64,000 bases of DNA from an uncultured Latescibacterota bacterium (lineage in GTDB: Bacteria > Latescibacterota > UBA2968): the NCBI GenBank assembly GCA_958295785.1, contig OY282377.1:3328385-3392384 (forward strand). Reading direction: 5' to 3'. Position numbers and translations under genes: made by a program. The notes beneath the pieces are model-generated. The model was not told the DNA's origin. It saw only the letters and a program-made list of their open reading frames with translations, and ran no database searches. The first letter of the stretch is position 1. Every line of letters starts with the position of its first letter. Positions 1-8,627 of the stretch are shown here, piece after piece.

Positions 1-1105
1 CGCCGACGTGTTGGGCATCCCCTTTGATTTTACGGCAAAGCCCGTCGTTGCCCCGCCGCAGAAGCCGCGAGCGACCATTCAGGTAAAAGCCATACGCCCC
101 GAACGAGACGCGCTCGAAATTCGCTTTCCGCGCGTGGCCGGGTATCGCGTGGCATTGCCCCAAGAGCGACTTCGCGCCGCGTTTCATGAAGACGCGACAT
201 TGGTACTCACGCCCGATCTCGTGGGGCCATCGCGCACGCGCAACCAAGGAATCATCGGCGAGGGCGTCGATCTCACGCTGGTTCACACCAACAACCTGCG
301 GCACGCGACCCTGCTCTTTCACCTGACCAAGCGGTTGCTCTACACAAAGTGGCGCGATCCGGGCGAAGTGCCAAAGCTCCACCTGTTCGGCCAACTCAAA
401 CAGATCACGCGCCAGTGGCTGGACGACCACCTCGTTTGCAAGGGCGGCACGTACCCCGCGCAACTGATGTACCAGGAACTGGCCGACATCGCCTGCGAGC
501 GCATCACCGCCGCGATCACGCGCCACCACGCCGCCGAGCGTCCCGTTGAGGCCATGCTCGATTCCTACAACCCCTGTGGCTCCACCGCGCAGGTCAATTT
601 CAACACGTCCAAGACCCGGCGCTACGAAACCGATGCCCGGCGTTGCCACGTCAACTGGGTCGTCCTCGACAGCGACTGGGAAGCCGAGTTTTGCCGCGTT
701 GCCGAATCCCATCCGCGCGTCAAAGCCTACGTGAAAAACCACAATCTCGGCCTAGAAGTGCCCTATCGCACGGGTGCAGAGTCCCGCACCTACATCCCGG
801 ATTTCATCGTGCAGATCGACGATGGCAAGGGCGATGACGACCCGTTGCACCTGATCGTGGAGATCAAGGGCTATCGCGGCGAAGACGCAAAGGACAAGAA
901 GACCGCGATGGAAACCCATTGGGTTCCGGGCGTGAACCGCCTCCGCGATTACGGGCGCTGGGCCTTTGCCGAATTTACAGATGTTTACGAGATCGAATCC
1001 GCATTTGCCGATAGCGTGCGCCGGTTGGTCGCGAACCCGCAACTGACCGAGCTCGGAAATGAGGCCGCCGAAGGCTCTGCGGGCGGAGATACGACACTAC
1101 ATTGA
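1..1105 (+). CDS. Type III restriction endonuclease Res subunit, C-terminal part (5' end outside window); PD-(D/E)xK nuclease region
   Basis: ORF open to the window edge. C-terminal motifs YIPDFIV ... DDPLHLIVEIKGYRGED fit a PD..ExK endonuclease core as in Res C-termini. A Type III-like Mod lies on the same strand 3.8 kb downstream. Family assignment is from memory, not search. Confidence 0.5.
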   Translation, partial: ADVLGIPFDFTAKPVVAPPQKPRATIQVKAIRPERDALEIRFPRVAGYRVALPQERLRAAFHEDATLVLTPDLVGPSRTRNQGIIGEGVDLTLVHTNNLRHATLLFHLTKRLLYTKWRDPGEVPKLHLFGQLKQITRQWLDDHLVCKGGTYPAQLMYQELADIACERITAAITRHHAAERPVEAMLDSYNPCGSTAQVNFNTSKTRRYETDARRCHVNWVVLDSDWEAEFCRVAESHPRVKAYVKNHNLGLEVPYRTGAESRTYIPDFIVQIDDGKGDDDPLHLIVEIKGYRGEDAKDKKTAMETHWVPGVNRLRDYGRWAFAEFTDVYEIESAFADSVRRLVANPQLTELGNEAAEGSAGGDTTLH

Positions 1106-1187
1106 GCAGGAGGCTGTTCATGGTTTGACGCAGACGCGAAAGGACGAACGGAGTATTGACAAAGCCATCAACCCTAGAAGTTGACAA

Positions 1188-2252
1188 ATGGTGATGGGTA
1201 TTCTATCTTTATTTGAGTCAACAAAAAAATTGACTAAATTACTCATCCCAAAAATGGAGCGAGAAATGCAAGAAGCATTACAGGACACAGGCGGCAATAA
1301 TCAGCACGACGAGTCCCGGCGAAAAATGGAACGAAAAATACAAAGCGCGTTACAAGGCTTGGCTACCAAACGGCGGCGTTCCGTTCTTTGCTTCTATGGA
1401 GATATGGATCAAAAATCTGTCCAAAGGGTGCGTCGTATCGCGTCTCAACTAAAAGCATCCAATAAGTTATCGGTCTTGTTGGATTCTCCCGGAGGCTATA
1501 TTGAGGACGCCTATAGAATAGTTTTGACACTGCGAGAATACGCGGAGGATATCGAAGTGCTCGTGCCTCGGTGGGCAAAAAGTGCTGCGACCTTTTTTTG
1601 TCTCGCGGCGAATACCATTTATATCGGACGGTATGGAGAGTTGGGACCCCTTGATCCACAGATGCTAGATCTACAAGGAAGTGCGATGCTGATCCCCGCA
1701 CTGGAATCGTTTAAGGCACTTGATCAACTGTTTATCTTTTCTCTGGATTCATTGGATGGGATAGTCCAGCAATTGTTAAATAATGCGCCTATGGATATTC
1801 CCTATGCAATAGAACACGCACAACCATTATTCGCCGCAATCGTGTCGCCACTGTACTCCCAAGTTGATCCATATGAATTAGGCAATGCGGGAAGGGCGTT
1901 GGCTACCAGCGAGGAATATGCGATGAGAGTCATGGAGAGATGGGGATATTCAGAGATGGAAGACGACGCAAGACGGTGGACAGTACGACATTTAGTTTGG
2001 AACTATCCGACGCATGGATTTGTTATTGACTTGAAGGAAGCGAAACAGATCGGACTGAAAGCCGAAAGACTTGACCATGACTGTGACGAGATGTGCAGGG
2101 AGATATTGGAACTGCTCGACAGCGCAGATATCTCTGGCTACATTGGCATTGAAGTCCCCCCACCAGATGTCCAAGACAAGGAGAACAGGCATGAACCCAA
2201 AGGAGAGGAAATTGCAGAGAGGGATTCGGAGAGGCAACAGAACGCCGTTTAG
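1188..2252 (+). CDS. ClpP-fold serine protease of the S49/SDH (SppA-like) family, AT-rich foreign gene
   Basis: Motifs LLDSPGGYIEDAY and SAATFFCLAANTIYIGRYGELGPLDPQ are typical of ClpP/S49/SDH peptidases. GC content is markedly lower than the flanks. RBS-like AG-rich leader. Confidence 0.55.
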   Translation: MVMGILSLFESTKKLTKLLIPKMEREMQEALQDTGGNNQHDESRRKMERKIQSALQGLATKRRRSVLCFYGDMDQKSVQRVRRIASQLKASNKLSVLLDSPGGYIEDAYRIVLTLREYAEDIEVLVPRWAKSAATFFCLAANTIYIGRYGELGPLDPQMLDLQGSAMLIPALESFKALDQLFIFSLDSLDGIVQQLLNNAPMDIPYAIEHAQPLFAAIVSPLYSQVDPYELGNAGRALATSEEYAMRVMERWGYSEMEDDARRWTVRHLVWNYPTHGFVIDLKEAKQIGLKAERLDHDCDEMCREILELLDSADISGYIGIEVPPPDVQDKENRHEPKGEEIAERDSERQQNAV

Positions 2253-2587
2253 ACGCGAGAAGCCGTCCGAGCGATCGTCTCTTCGCGTCATGGATTGGTT
2301 GCGGCAAAGGCGAATCTATCGCGGCATCCGCCATGTGCCTTTCATGCCCTATGAGGATGATAGATCCAAGGGCAGATCGGGGTACTGAAAAGTCCAATTT
2401 CTGATCACATTCGCTCCACGGCAGTACGTCTTGCTCCTATCCGCGCAGCGCGGGCGGTCATGGGTAAGGCCGATCCCTTGGAGCTTTTTTTTGCCAGAAT
2501 ACACGACGGGGTACAACTGATCGCCGCTTAGGCCAGTAGTACCCCGGTTTCGCTGAGTGTCCCAACCTTAGTCATCAAAGAAAGGAG

Positions 2588-2839
2588 ATGATCGTGAAAG
2601 ACATTACCATGAGTGCCGCCGAGAACTTGATCGTATCAGCACACCGATGCGCGGCGGCGAACCGCACGACCTTAAACGCGCAATTTCAGTTGTGGCTGAA
2701 AGACGACATTCAGCGCAACGGAGACTGCGTTCAACGCGAAAATCAGGTTGCCGAAGCCATGAAAGTCATCCGCGATCTGCAAGGCAACATCTTCACTGGC
2801 GGGCGAAAATTTACTCGGGAAGAGATGAATGAGCGTTGA
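2588..2839 (+). CDS. hypothetical 83-aa protein (cassette copy 1)
   Basis: RBS AAAGGAG 6 nt upstream. An identical paralog at 3668..3919 differs by 2 aa, so coding is conserved in the duplicate. Confidence 0.5.
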   Translation: MIVKDITMSAAENLIVSAHRCAAANRTTLNAQFQLWLKDDIQRNGDCVQRENQVAEAMKVIRDLQGNIFTGGRKFTREEMNER

Positions 2840-3110
2840 AAGTTTGCTATTGCCCCTAGGATTGGTTATCATAATCGGCCTTAGTTCTGAACACCCTGCT
2901 GGGGAGGCTTCTTCATTCCACCGGCTCCCCAAGTCGGCTCTTGGTGGACAACCGCCGGATATTGACCGGCACCTTCTTTGATCTTAAAATGGGCATCCTC
3001 TTAGGAATAGTGAATGCCTGCCTAAAAAAATGACTGGAGGTCAAATAAGGAATTAAGAAAGAATTTGACCAAGCTATTCAATCGCAAGAGACGATCCACC
3101 CGGAGGTTTT

Positions 3111-3590
3111 ATGGCTACAATGACCTTTGATACCTACGCCTTTGTCAAGGAACTGGTTCAGGCCGGAATGCCTGAAGAACAGGCTGAGGTGCTGGCGCGT
3201 TCACAAGCGGCGTTGATTGCTGAAAAATTGGCGACCAAGCAGGATTTGAAAGAACTGGAATTGTGTGTGAAACGCGACCTGAAAGAACTGGAAGTGCGAT
3301 TGAAACGCGATATGAAGGAGATGGAATTGCGTCTGAAGCACGATATCCAGAAATTGGAACGCGATATGAAGGAGATGGAAGCCAATTTGAAACGCGATAT
3401 GAAGGAGATGGAAGCCAATTTGAAACGCGATATGAAGGAGATGGAATTGCGTCTGAAACGCGATATCCAAAAATTGGAACGCGACATGAAGGAGATGGAA
3501 TTGCGTCTGAAGCACGATTTGACCTTGCGTCTCGGCTCCATGATGGTCGTCGCTATCGGCGTAGTCGCTGCGCTGGTGAAACTCCTATAA
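3111..3590 (+). CDS. DUF1640-like tail-anchored coiled-coil protein with 11-residue (33-bp) repeats, copy 1
   Basis: RBS GGAGG. N-terminus MATMTFDTYAFVKELVQAGMPEEQAEV..LATKQDL resembles DUF1640 (from memory). Hendecad repeats LKRDMKEMExx follow. C-terminal hydrophobic anchor MMVVAIGVVAALVKLL. Confidence 0.6.
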   Translation: MATMTFDTYAFVKELVQAGMPEEQAEVLARSQAALIAEKLATKQDLKELELCVKRDLKELEVRLKRDMKEMELRLKHDIQKLERDMKEMEANLKRDMKEMEANLKRDMKEMELRLKRDIQKLERDMKEMELRLKHDLTLRLGSMMVVAIGVVAALVKLL

Positions 3591-3667
3591 GGATAATCCA
3601 TAGGTGATGGAGAAGCGGGCTTTGTTGCCTTGTTGTTCATTTTGGTATTAGTCATCAAAGAAAGGAG

Positions 3668-3919
3668 ATGATCGTGAAAGACATTACCATGAGTGCCGAC
3701 GAGAACTTGATCGCATCGGCACACCGATGCGCGGCGGCGAACCGCACGACCTTAAACGCGCAATTTCAGTTGTGGCTGAAAGACGACATTCAGCGCAACG
3801 GAGACTGCGTTCAACGCGAAAATCAGGTTGCCGAAGCCATGAAAGTCATCCGCGATCTGCAAGGCAACATCTTCACTGGCGGGCGAAAATTTACTCGGGA
3901 AGAGATGAATGAGCGTTGA
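3668..3919 (+). CDS. hypothetical 83-aa protein (cassette copy 2)
   Basis: Near-identical duplicate of 2588..2839. Confidence 0.5.
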   Translation: MIVKDITMSADENLIASAHRCAAANRTTLNAQFQLWLKDDIQRNGDCVQRENQVAEAMKVIRDLQGNIFTGGRKFTREEMNER

Positions 3920-4190
3920 AAGTTTGCTATTGCCCCTAGGATTGGTTATCATAATCGGCCTTAGTTCTGAACACCCTGCTGGGGAGGCTTCTTCATTCCA
4001 CCGGCTCCCCAAGTCGGCTCTTGGTGGACAACCGCCGGATATTGACCGGCACCTTCTTTGATCTTAAAATGGGCATCCTCTTAGGAATAGTGAATGCCTG
4101 CCTAAAAAAATGACTGGAGGTCAAATAAGGAATTAAGAAAGAATTTGACCAAGCTATTCAATCGCAAGAGACGATCCACCCGGAGGTTTT

Positions 4191-4757
4191 ATGGCTACAA
4201 TGACCTTTGATACCTACGCCTTTGTCAAGGAACTGGTTCAGGCCGGAATGCCTGAAGAACAGGCTGAGGTGCTGGCGCGTTCACAAGCGGCGTTGATTGC
4301 TGAAAAATTGGCGACCAAGCAGGATTTGAAAGAACTGGAATTGTGTGTGAAACGCGACCTGAAAGAACTGGAAGTGCGATTGAAACGCGATATGAAGGAG
4401 ATGGAAGCCAATTTGAAACGCGATATGAAGGAGATGGAATTGCATCTGAAGCACGATATCCAGAAATTGGAACACGACATGAAGGAGATGGAAGCCAATT
4501 TGAAACGCGATATGAAGGAGATGGAATTGCGTCTGAAGCACGATATCCAGAAATTGGAACACGACATGAAGGAGATGGAAGCCAATTTGAAACGCGATAT
4601 GAAGGAGATGGAATTGCGTCTGAAACGCGATATCCAAAAATTGGAACGCGACATGAAGGAGATGGAATTGCGTCTGAAGCACGATTTGACCTTGCGTCTC
4701 GGCTCCATGATGGTCGTCGCTATCGGCGTAGTCGCTGCGCTGGTGAAACTCCTATAA
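4191..4757 (+). CDS. DUF1640-like tail-anchored coiled-coil protein, copy 2 (29 aa longer through extra hendecad repeats)
   Basis: Same N- and C-termini as 3111..3590. The internal repeat count is expanded. Confidence 0.6.
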   Translation: MATMTFDTYAFVKELVQAGMPEEQAEVLARSQAALIAEKLATKQDLKELELCVKRDLKELEVRLKRDMKEMEANLKRDMKEMELHLKHDIQKLEHDMKEMEANLKRDMKEMELRLKHDIQKLEHDMKEMEANLKRDMKEMELRLKRDIQKLERDMKEMELRLKHDLTLRLGSMMVVAIGVVAALVKLL

Positions 4758-4887
4758 GGATAATCCTAGGTGATGGAGAAGCGGGTTGCACCTGTCTTTA
4801 CAGTGAAGACATGCAGGAAGGTCAACAGATACGGGGCTTGACCATTCAAAATCCATTCAAGTAACCATTGCAGAAAGGATCGCGCCC

Positions 4888-7800
4888 ATGGCGAAACGAT
4901 CAAGAACGCCCAAATCCGTTGAGACCCTCACGCACGGCGACGCGACGCGCAAGAATATTCCCACCGCCGAGTATCAGCCCGTGATGCGAGCGGAGGATCA
5001 GGCCCCAATCCGCGTCGCATATCAGCGGCGCAACCGCGATCTCGATCCGCAACTCGTTTGGCGCGGCAAGGACGAGCAAGATTGGTCGGACCTCGTTGTG
5101 CCCGCGCCGCCGCTTTTCATTCAGGAAAAGGTGCATCCGAAAGTGCTGATCGACGATCTGTTGCGCCAAAGCGCGGAGACAGCCACCACCGCGCCGGGGT
5201 TCCAGCCCGATTTGTTCGCCGACTTCAACGGCCTGCCCGACCCAAGCGCGGCGACCGAGTTCTACCAGCACGACGCCAACTGGTCGAACCGCATGATCCT
5301 CGGCGACAGCCTGCAAGTGATGGCCTCCCTGGCCGAGCGTGAGGGCCTGCGCGGTCAAGTGCAGTGCATCTATATTGACCCGCCCTACGGCATCAAGTTC
5401 AATTCCAATTTCCAATGGTCCACCACCAGCCGCGACGTGCGAGACGGCAAGCGCGAGCACATCACGCGAGAGCCTGAGCAGGTGAAAGCGTTTCGGGATA
5501 CGTGGCGCGATGGCATCCATTCCTACCTGACCTACCTGCGCGACCGCCTGACCGTAGCGCGGGATTTGTTGACCGAGAGCGGTTCGGTGTTTGTGCAGAT
5601 CGGCGATGAAAATGTCCATCGGGTGCGGGCGTTGATGGATGAGGTGTTTGGGGATGAGAATTTTGTCGGGGAGATTATTTTTAAAACCCGTAGCACATCT
5701 ACCAGCAAAAATCTGTCTGCGTTGAATGATTACATCATATGGTATTGTAAAGATATTAATGCACTAAAATTCCGTCAATTTTACATGCAGAAAAGTGCTG
5801 ACAGGGCGCGTTTCAATTTTGCCGATATTGATGGCGAAATTTTCAGTGTCAATGAAAAAAATATCAATATCGGAAGCGTTAAGTATTTCTCAAGTAGTAG
5901 TCTGTTCTCAACAAGCGGCGGAGACGCTTCCCGGATTCCCTTTGAGTTCTGTGGGAAAAAATATACCCCGGCAATCTCTCGTGGATGGCGATGCTCACTT
6001 GATGGGCTATTACGCCTTACCTATGCAAGCCGTATATTCAACCAAGGTAATTCTATCCGCTATAAATACTTTCACGCCGATTTCCCATTCGTCGAGGGCG
6101 GGAATCTATGGGATGATCAAATGTCCGAGCAAAACAAATCTTATGTGGTGCAAACATCTCCAAGACCCATTGAACGCTGCATCCTCATGACCACCGACCC
6201 TGGCGACCTCGTTCTCGATCCCACCTGCGGATCTGGCACAACCGCTTATGTCGCCGAGCAATGGGGCAGGCGGTGGATCACCATTGACACCAGCCGAGTC
6301 GCGCTCGCGTTGGCGCGTGCCCGCATCATGGGGGCGCGCTATCCCTACTACCTCCTCTCGGACAGCGCGGAGGGGCAGCGCAAGGAAGCGGAAATCAGCC
6401 GCACCGCGCCATCGGAAACGCCCGCATACAACGACATCCGCCAAGGCTTTGTGTATCAGCGCGTGCCGCACATCACCCTGCGCGACATCGCCAACAACGC
6501 GGAAATCGACATCATTTGGGAGAAATATCAGAAAACGCTCAAATCGCTTCGGGCATCGCTCAACAAGGCGGTGAACGAGGATTGGCGGGAATGGGAAATC
6601 CCGCGCGAAGCCGACGAATCGTGGTCGGACGCGGTCAAGGCATTGCACGGCCAATGGTGGGAACAGCGCATCGCACGGCAAACAGAGATCGACGCGTCTA
6701 TCGCGGCGAAAGCGGACTGCGAGTATCTCTACGACAAGCCCTACGAGGAGAGAAAGAAGGTGCGCGTCGCCGGCCCGTTCACGGTGGATAGCCTATCGCC
6801 GCACCGCGTTTTGGGCATCGATGAAAACGACGACCTCATCGACAGCGCGGCAGATCCCGAACTCGAGCACAGCGAATCGCAGGATTTTTCCGGGATGATT
6901 TTGGAGCACCTCAAAACCGCTGGCGTGCAACAGGCGCGCAAAGACGACCGCATCGCGTTTTCATCCCTCGCGCCGTGGCCGGGCGATTTGGTTTGCGCCG
7001 AAGGCACGTACGCCGAGGGCGACGCGGATTCTGGCATTTACAAACGCGCTGGCATTTTCATCGGCCCCGAGTTTGGCACGGTCTCGCGTCCCGATCTGGC
7101 GAGGGCCGTGCGCGAGGCGGGCGAGGCCGATTTCGATGTGCTCATCGCCTGCGCGTTCAACTACGACGCCCAATCCACGGATTTCGACAAACTGGGGCGC
7201 GTCCCGGTGCTCAAAGCGCGCATGAACGCGGATCTTCACATGGCCGACGACCTCAAGAACACGGGCAAGGGCAATCTGTTCGTGATTTTCGGCGAGCCTG
7301 ATATTTCAGTGGCGAGTGAAGAGTGGTTAGTGGATGGTTCAGAAAGGAGAATCGCGCCGTATGACATCTTTAAGCTCGTATCGGGAACGGATCGGCTGGC
7401 AGAAGTCAATAGACTTGACCGTGAGGAGTTACGCGCTCATGCGGCGCTTTCCCGCCGAGGGGAGATATGGGATTACCTCACAGATGCGGCGTGCCGCGTC
7501 CTCAATTCCGGCGAACATCGCGGAGGGACAGGCAAGGCGAACAACGAGGGAATTTCTCCAGTCGCTTGGCATTGCGCGGGGGTCTCGGGCGGAACTGGAG
7601 ACCTTTCTGACCTTATGCGAAAGGCTGGCACTGATACGGAGAGAGGCTTCCGAGAACTTGTTGGCAGACTGCGCCGAGATCAACAAAATGCTCAACGCGC
7701 TGATGAAATCACGCGCCACTCGCCACTAACCACTCGCCACTATACACAGGTCACTGTCCACGGCGTTGACGTCTTCCACCCCAACACCGGCGAGATTCGC

Positions 7801-8070
7801 AGCGATGACGCCGATGGAATCGCCTGTTGGTTCATCGACACGGACTATAACGAGGAGAGTTTTTTCGTGCGCCACGCCTACTTTCTCGGCGCGAGCGATC
7901 CGTACAAATCCCTCAAGACCACGCTCAAAGCCGAGATCGACCCAAACGCTTGGGCCACGCTGCACAGCGACACCTCGCGGCCGTTCGCCAAACCCAAATC
8001 CGGGCGCATCGCGGTCAAGGTGATCAACCACTTGGGCGACGAGGTGATGAAAGTGTTTCGGGTTTCATGA
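4888..8070 (+). CDS. mod: Type III-like Mod / beta-class N6-adenine DNA methyltransferase (1060 aa including a ~145-aa in-frame insertion)
   Basis: Motif IV IYIDPPYGIKFNS, then a low-GC TRD, then motif X/I SPRPIERCILMTTDPGDLVLDPTCGSGTT. Conserved C-terminal tail VHGVDVFHPNTGEI..IACWFIDTDYNEESFFVRHAYF..IAVKVINHLGDEVMKVFRV. Confidence 0.8.
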   Translation: MAKRSRTPKSVETLTHGDATRKNIPTAEYQPVMRAEDQAPIRVAYQRRNRDLDPQLVWRGKDEQDWSDLVVPAPPLFIQEKVHPKVLIDDLLRQSAETATTAPGFQPDLFADFNGLPDPSAATEFYQHDANWSNRMILGDSLQVMASLAEREGLRGQVQCIYIDPPYGIKFNSNFQWSTTSRDVRDGKREHITREPEQVKAFRDTWRDGIHSYLTYLRDRLTVARDLLTESGSVFVQIGDENVHRVRALMDEVFGDENFVGEIIFKTRSTSTSKNLSALNDYIIWYCKDINALKFRQFYMQKSADRARFNFADIDGEIFSVNEKNINIGSVKYFSSSSLFSTSGGDASRIPFEFCGKKYTPAISRGWRCSLDGLLRLTYASRIFNQGNSIRYKYFHADFPFVEGGNLWDDQMSEQNKSYVVQTSPRPIERCILMTTDPGDLVLDPTCGSGTTAYVAEQWGRRWITIDTSRVALALARARIMGARYPYYLLSDSAEGQRKEAEISRTAPSETPAYNDIRQGFVYQRVPHITLRDIANNAEIDIIWEKYQKTLKSLRASLNKAVNEDWREWEIPREADESWSDAVKALHGQWWEQRIARQTEIDASIAAKADCEYLYDKPYEERKKVRVAGPFTVDSLSPHRVLGIDENDDLIDSAADPELEHSESQDFSGMILEHLKTAGVQQARKDDRIAFSSLAPWPGDLVCAEGTYAEGDADSGIYKRAGIFIGPEFGTVSRPDLARAVREAGEADFDVLIACAFNYDAQSTDFDKLGRVPVLKARMNADLHMADDLKNTGKGNLFVIFGEPDISVASEEWLVDGSERRIAPYDIFKLVSGTDRLAEVNRLDREELRAHAALSRRGEIWDYLTDAACRVLNSGEHRGGTGKANNEGISPVAWHCAGVSGGTGDLSDLMRKAGTDTERGFRELVGRLRRDQQNAQRADEITRHSPLTTRHYTQVTVHGVDVFHPNTGEIRSDDADGIACWFIDTDYNEESFFVRHAYFLGASDPYKSLKTTLKAEIDPNAWATLHSDTSRPFAKPKSGRIAVKVINHLGDEVMKVFRVS
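7361..7729 (+). CDS. four-helix-bundle protein (23S rRNA intervening-sequence protein family) nested inside the mod ORF in another frame
   Basis: RBS AAAGGAGAA then ATG. Translation YRERIGWQKSIDLTVRSYALMRRFPAEGRYGITSQMRRAASSIPANIAEGQARRTTREFLQSLGIARGSRAELETFL matches the family hallmark IPANIAEG. Lies entirely within 4888..8070 in frame +2. Confidence 0.75.
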   Translation: MTSLSSYRERIGWQKSIDLTVRSYALMRRFPAEGRYGITSQMRRAASSIPANIAEGQARRTTREFLQSLGIARGSRAELETFLTLCERLALIRREASENLLADCAEINKMLNALMKSRATRH

Positions 8071-8100
8071 CCGCTTGAGACATCCATCAAAGGAGTTGCG

Positions 8101-8400
8101 ATGCTCAACACTGCGTTGGCCGTTGTGAAAAACGGCAAAATCGAAACGATAGAACACATTGCGTTGTCCGAAGGCCAAAAAGTGCTGGTAACTCTGTTGC
8201 CCGACGATGCGACTTTCTGGCAAGAAGTTAGCCAACAAACGCTGAAACGAATTTGGGACAACAAAGAGGACGATGTATATGCCCAATTAGACGTCGCCAA
8301 ACGCCGGGAACATGTGGCTCAGTTGAAGAATTCTTTCCAAAAAATGAGCCGCGATATGGGGCCTCGTAAATGGACGCGGGAAGATCTCCATGCCCGATAA
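8101..8400 (+). CDS. hypothetical protein with DUF104-like (AF2212-type antitoxin-like) N-terminus
   Basis: RBS AAAGGAG. N-terminus LAVVKNGKIETIEHIALSEGQKVLVTLLPDD resembles the DUF104 pattern. Confidence 0.45.
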   Translation: MLNTALAVVKNGKIETIEHIALSEGQKVLVTLLPDDATFWQEVSQQTLKRIWDNKEDDVYAQLDVAKRREHVAQLKNSFQKMSRDMGPRKWTREDLHAR

Positions 8401-8404
8401 AGAT

Positions 8405-8430
8405 AGGGAGGTCAAAGAAATTTGACCTCC
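8405..8430 (+). terminator. perfect hairpin gggaggtcaaa-gaaa-tttgacctccc after 8101..8400
   Basis: 11-bp stem with a GAAA loop. The 3' tail is A/T-rich. Confidence 0.4.
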
Positions 8431-8627
8431 CTAAATTATTGTAAAATATTTGGATGCGGAAAATTAAATCCAATGTTTGGATGTTGCGATATTAGAATTT
8501 TCAGATATATGTTGACGAATGAGATGGATTTTGATACATTTCGTAAAATTCGACATTCAACGAGAAGTATCTAAAATATCTTGTTGTAAGTGGTGGTTAT
8601 TTTCCAGTACAGACGCGAGAGGATATC

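Larger units (their letters stand above)
2569..4790. repeat. near-perfect tandem duplication (unit ~1079 bp) of the 83-aa gene + DUF1640-like gene cassette
   Basis: The sequence from ttagtcatcaaagaaaggagatgatcgtgaaag onward recurs at 2569 and 3648. Only a few SNPs plus a repeat-number difference separate the copies. Confidence 0.9.

Noticed and set aside
3158-3724. Long minus-strand ORFs across the 33-bp repeat region (also 4238..4708, 43032..43631, 43706..44323)
   Set aside because: Artefacts of periodic repeats lacking stops in several frames. The plus-strand DUF1640-like frames have RBS, a conserved N-terminus and a TM anchor.
3280-4690. Possible CRISPR array (regular 33-bp repeats)
   Set aside because: The repeats are contiguous with no spacers and encode hendecad protein repeats inside an ORF. 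No cas genes.
4900-5619. 239-aa ORF on the minus strand inside mod
   Set aside because: Antisense to a well-supported methyltransferase gene in GC-rich sequence. No RBS or family similarity. Typical high-GC spurious ORF.
8510-8560. Sigma70-like promoter elements (TTGACG / TAAAAT) upstream of the XRE-ImmA gene
   Set aside because: Spacing between the candidate -35 and -10 is not canonical. The AT-rich region is consistent with a promoter but is not callable.
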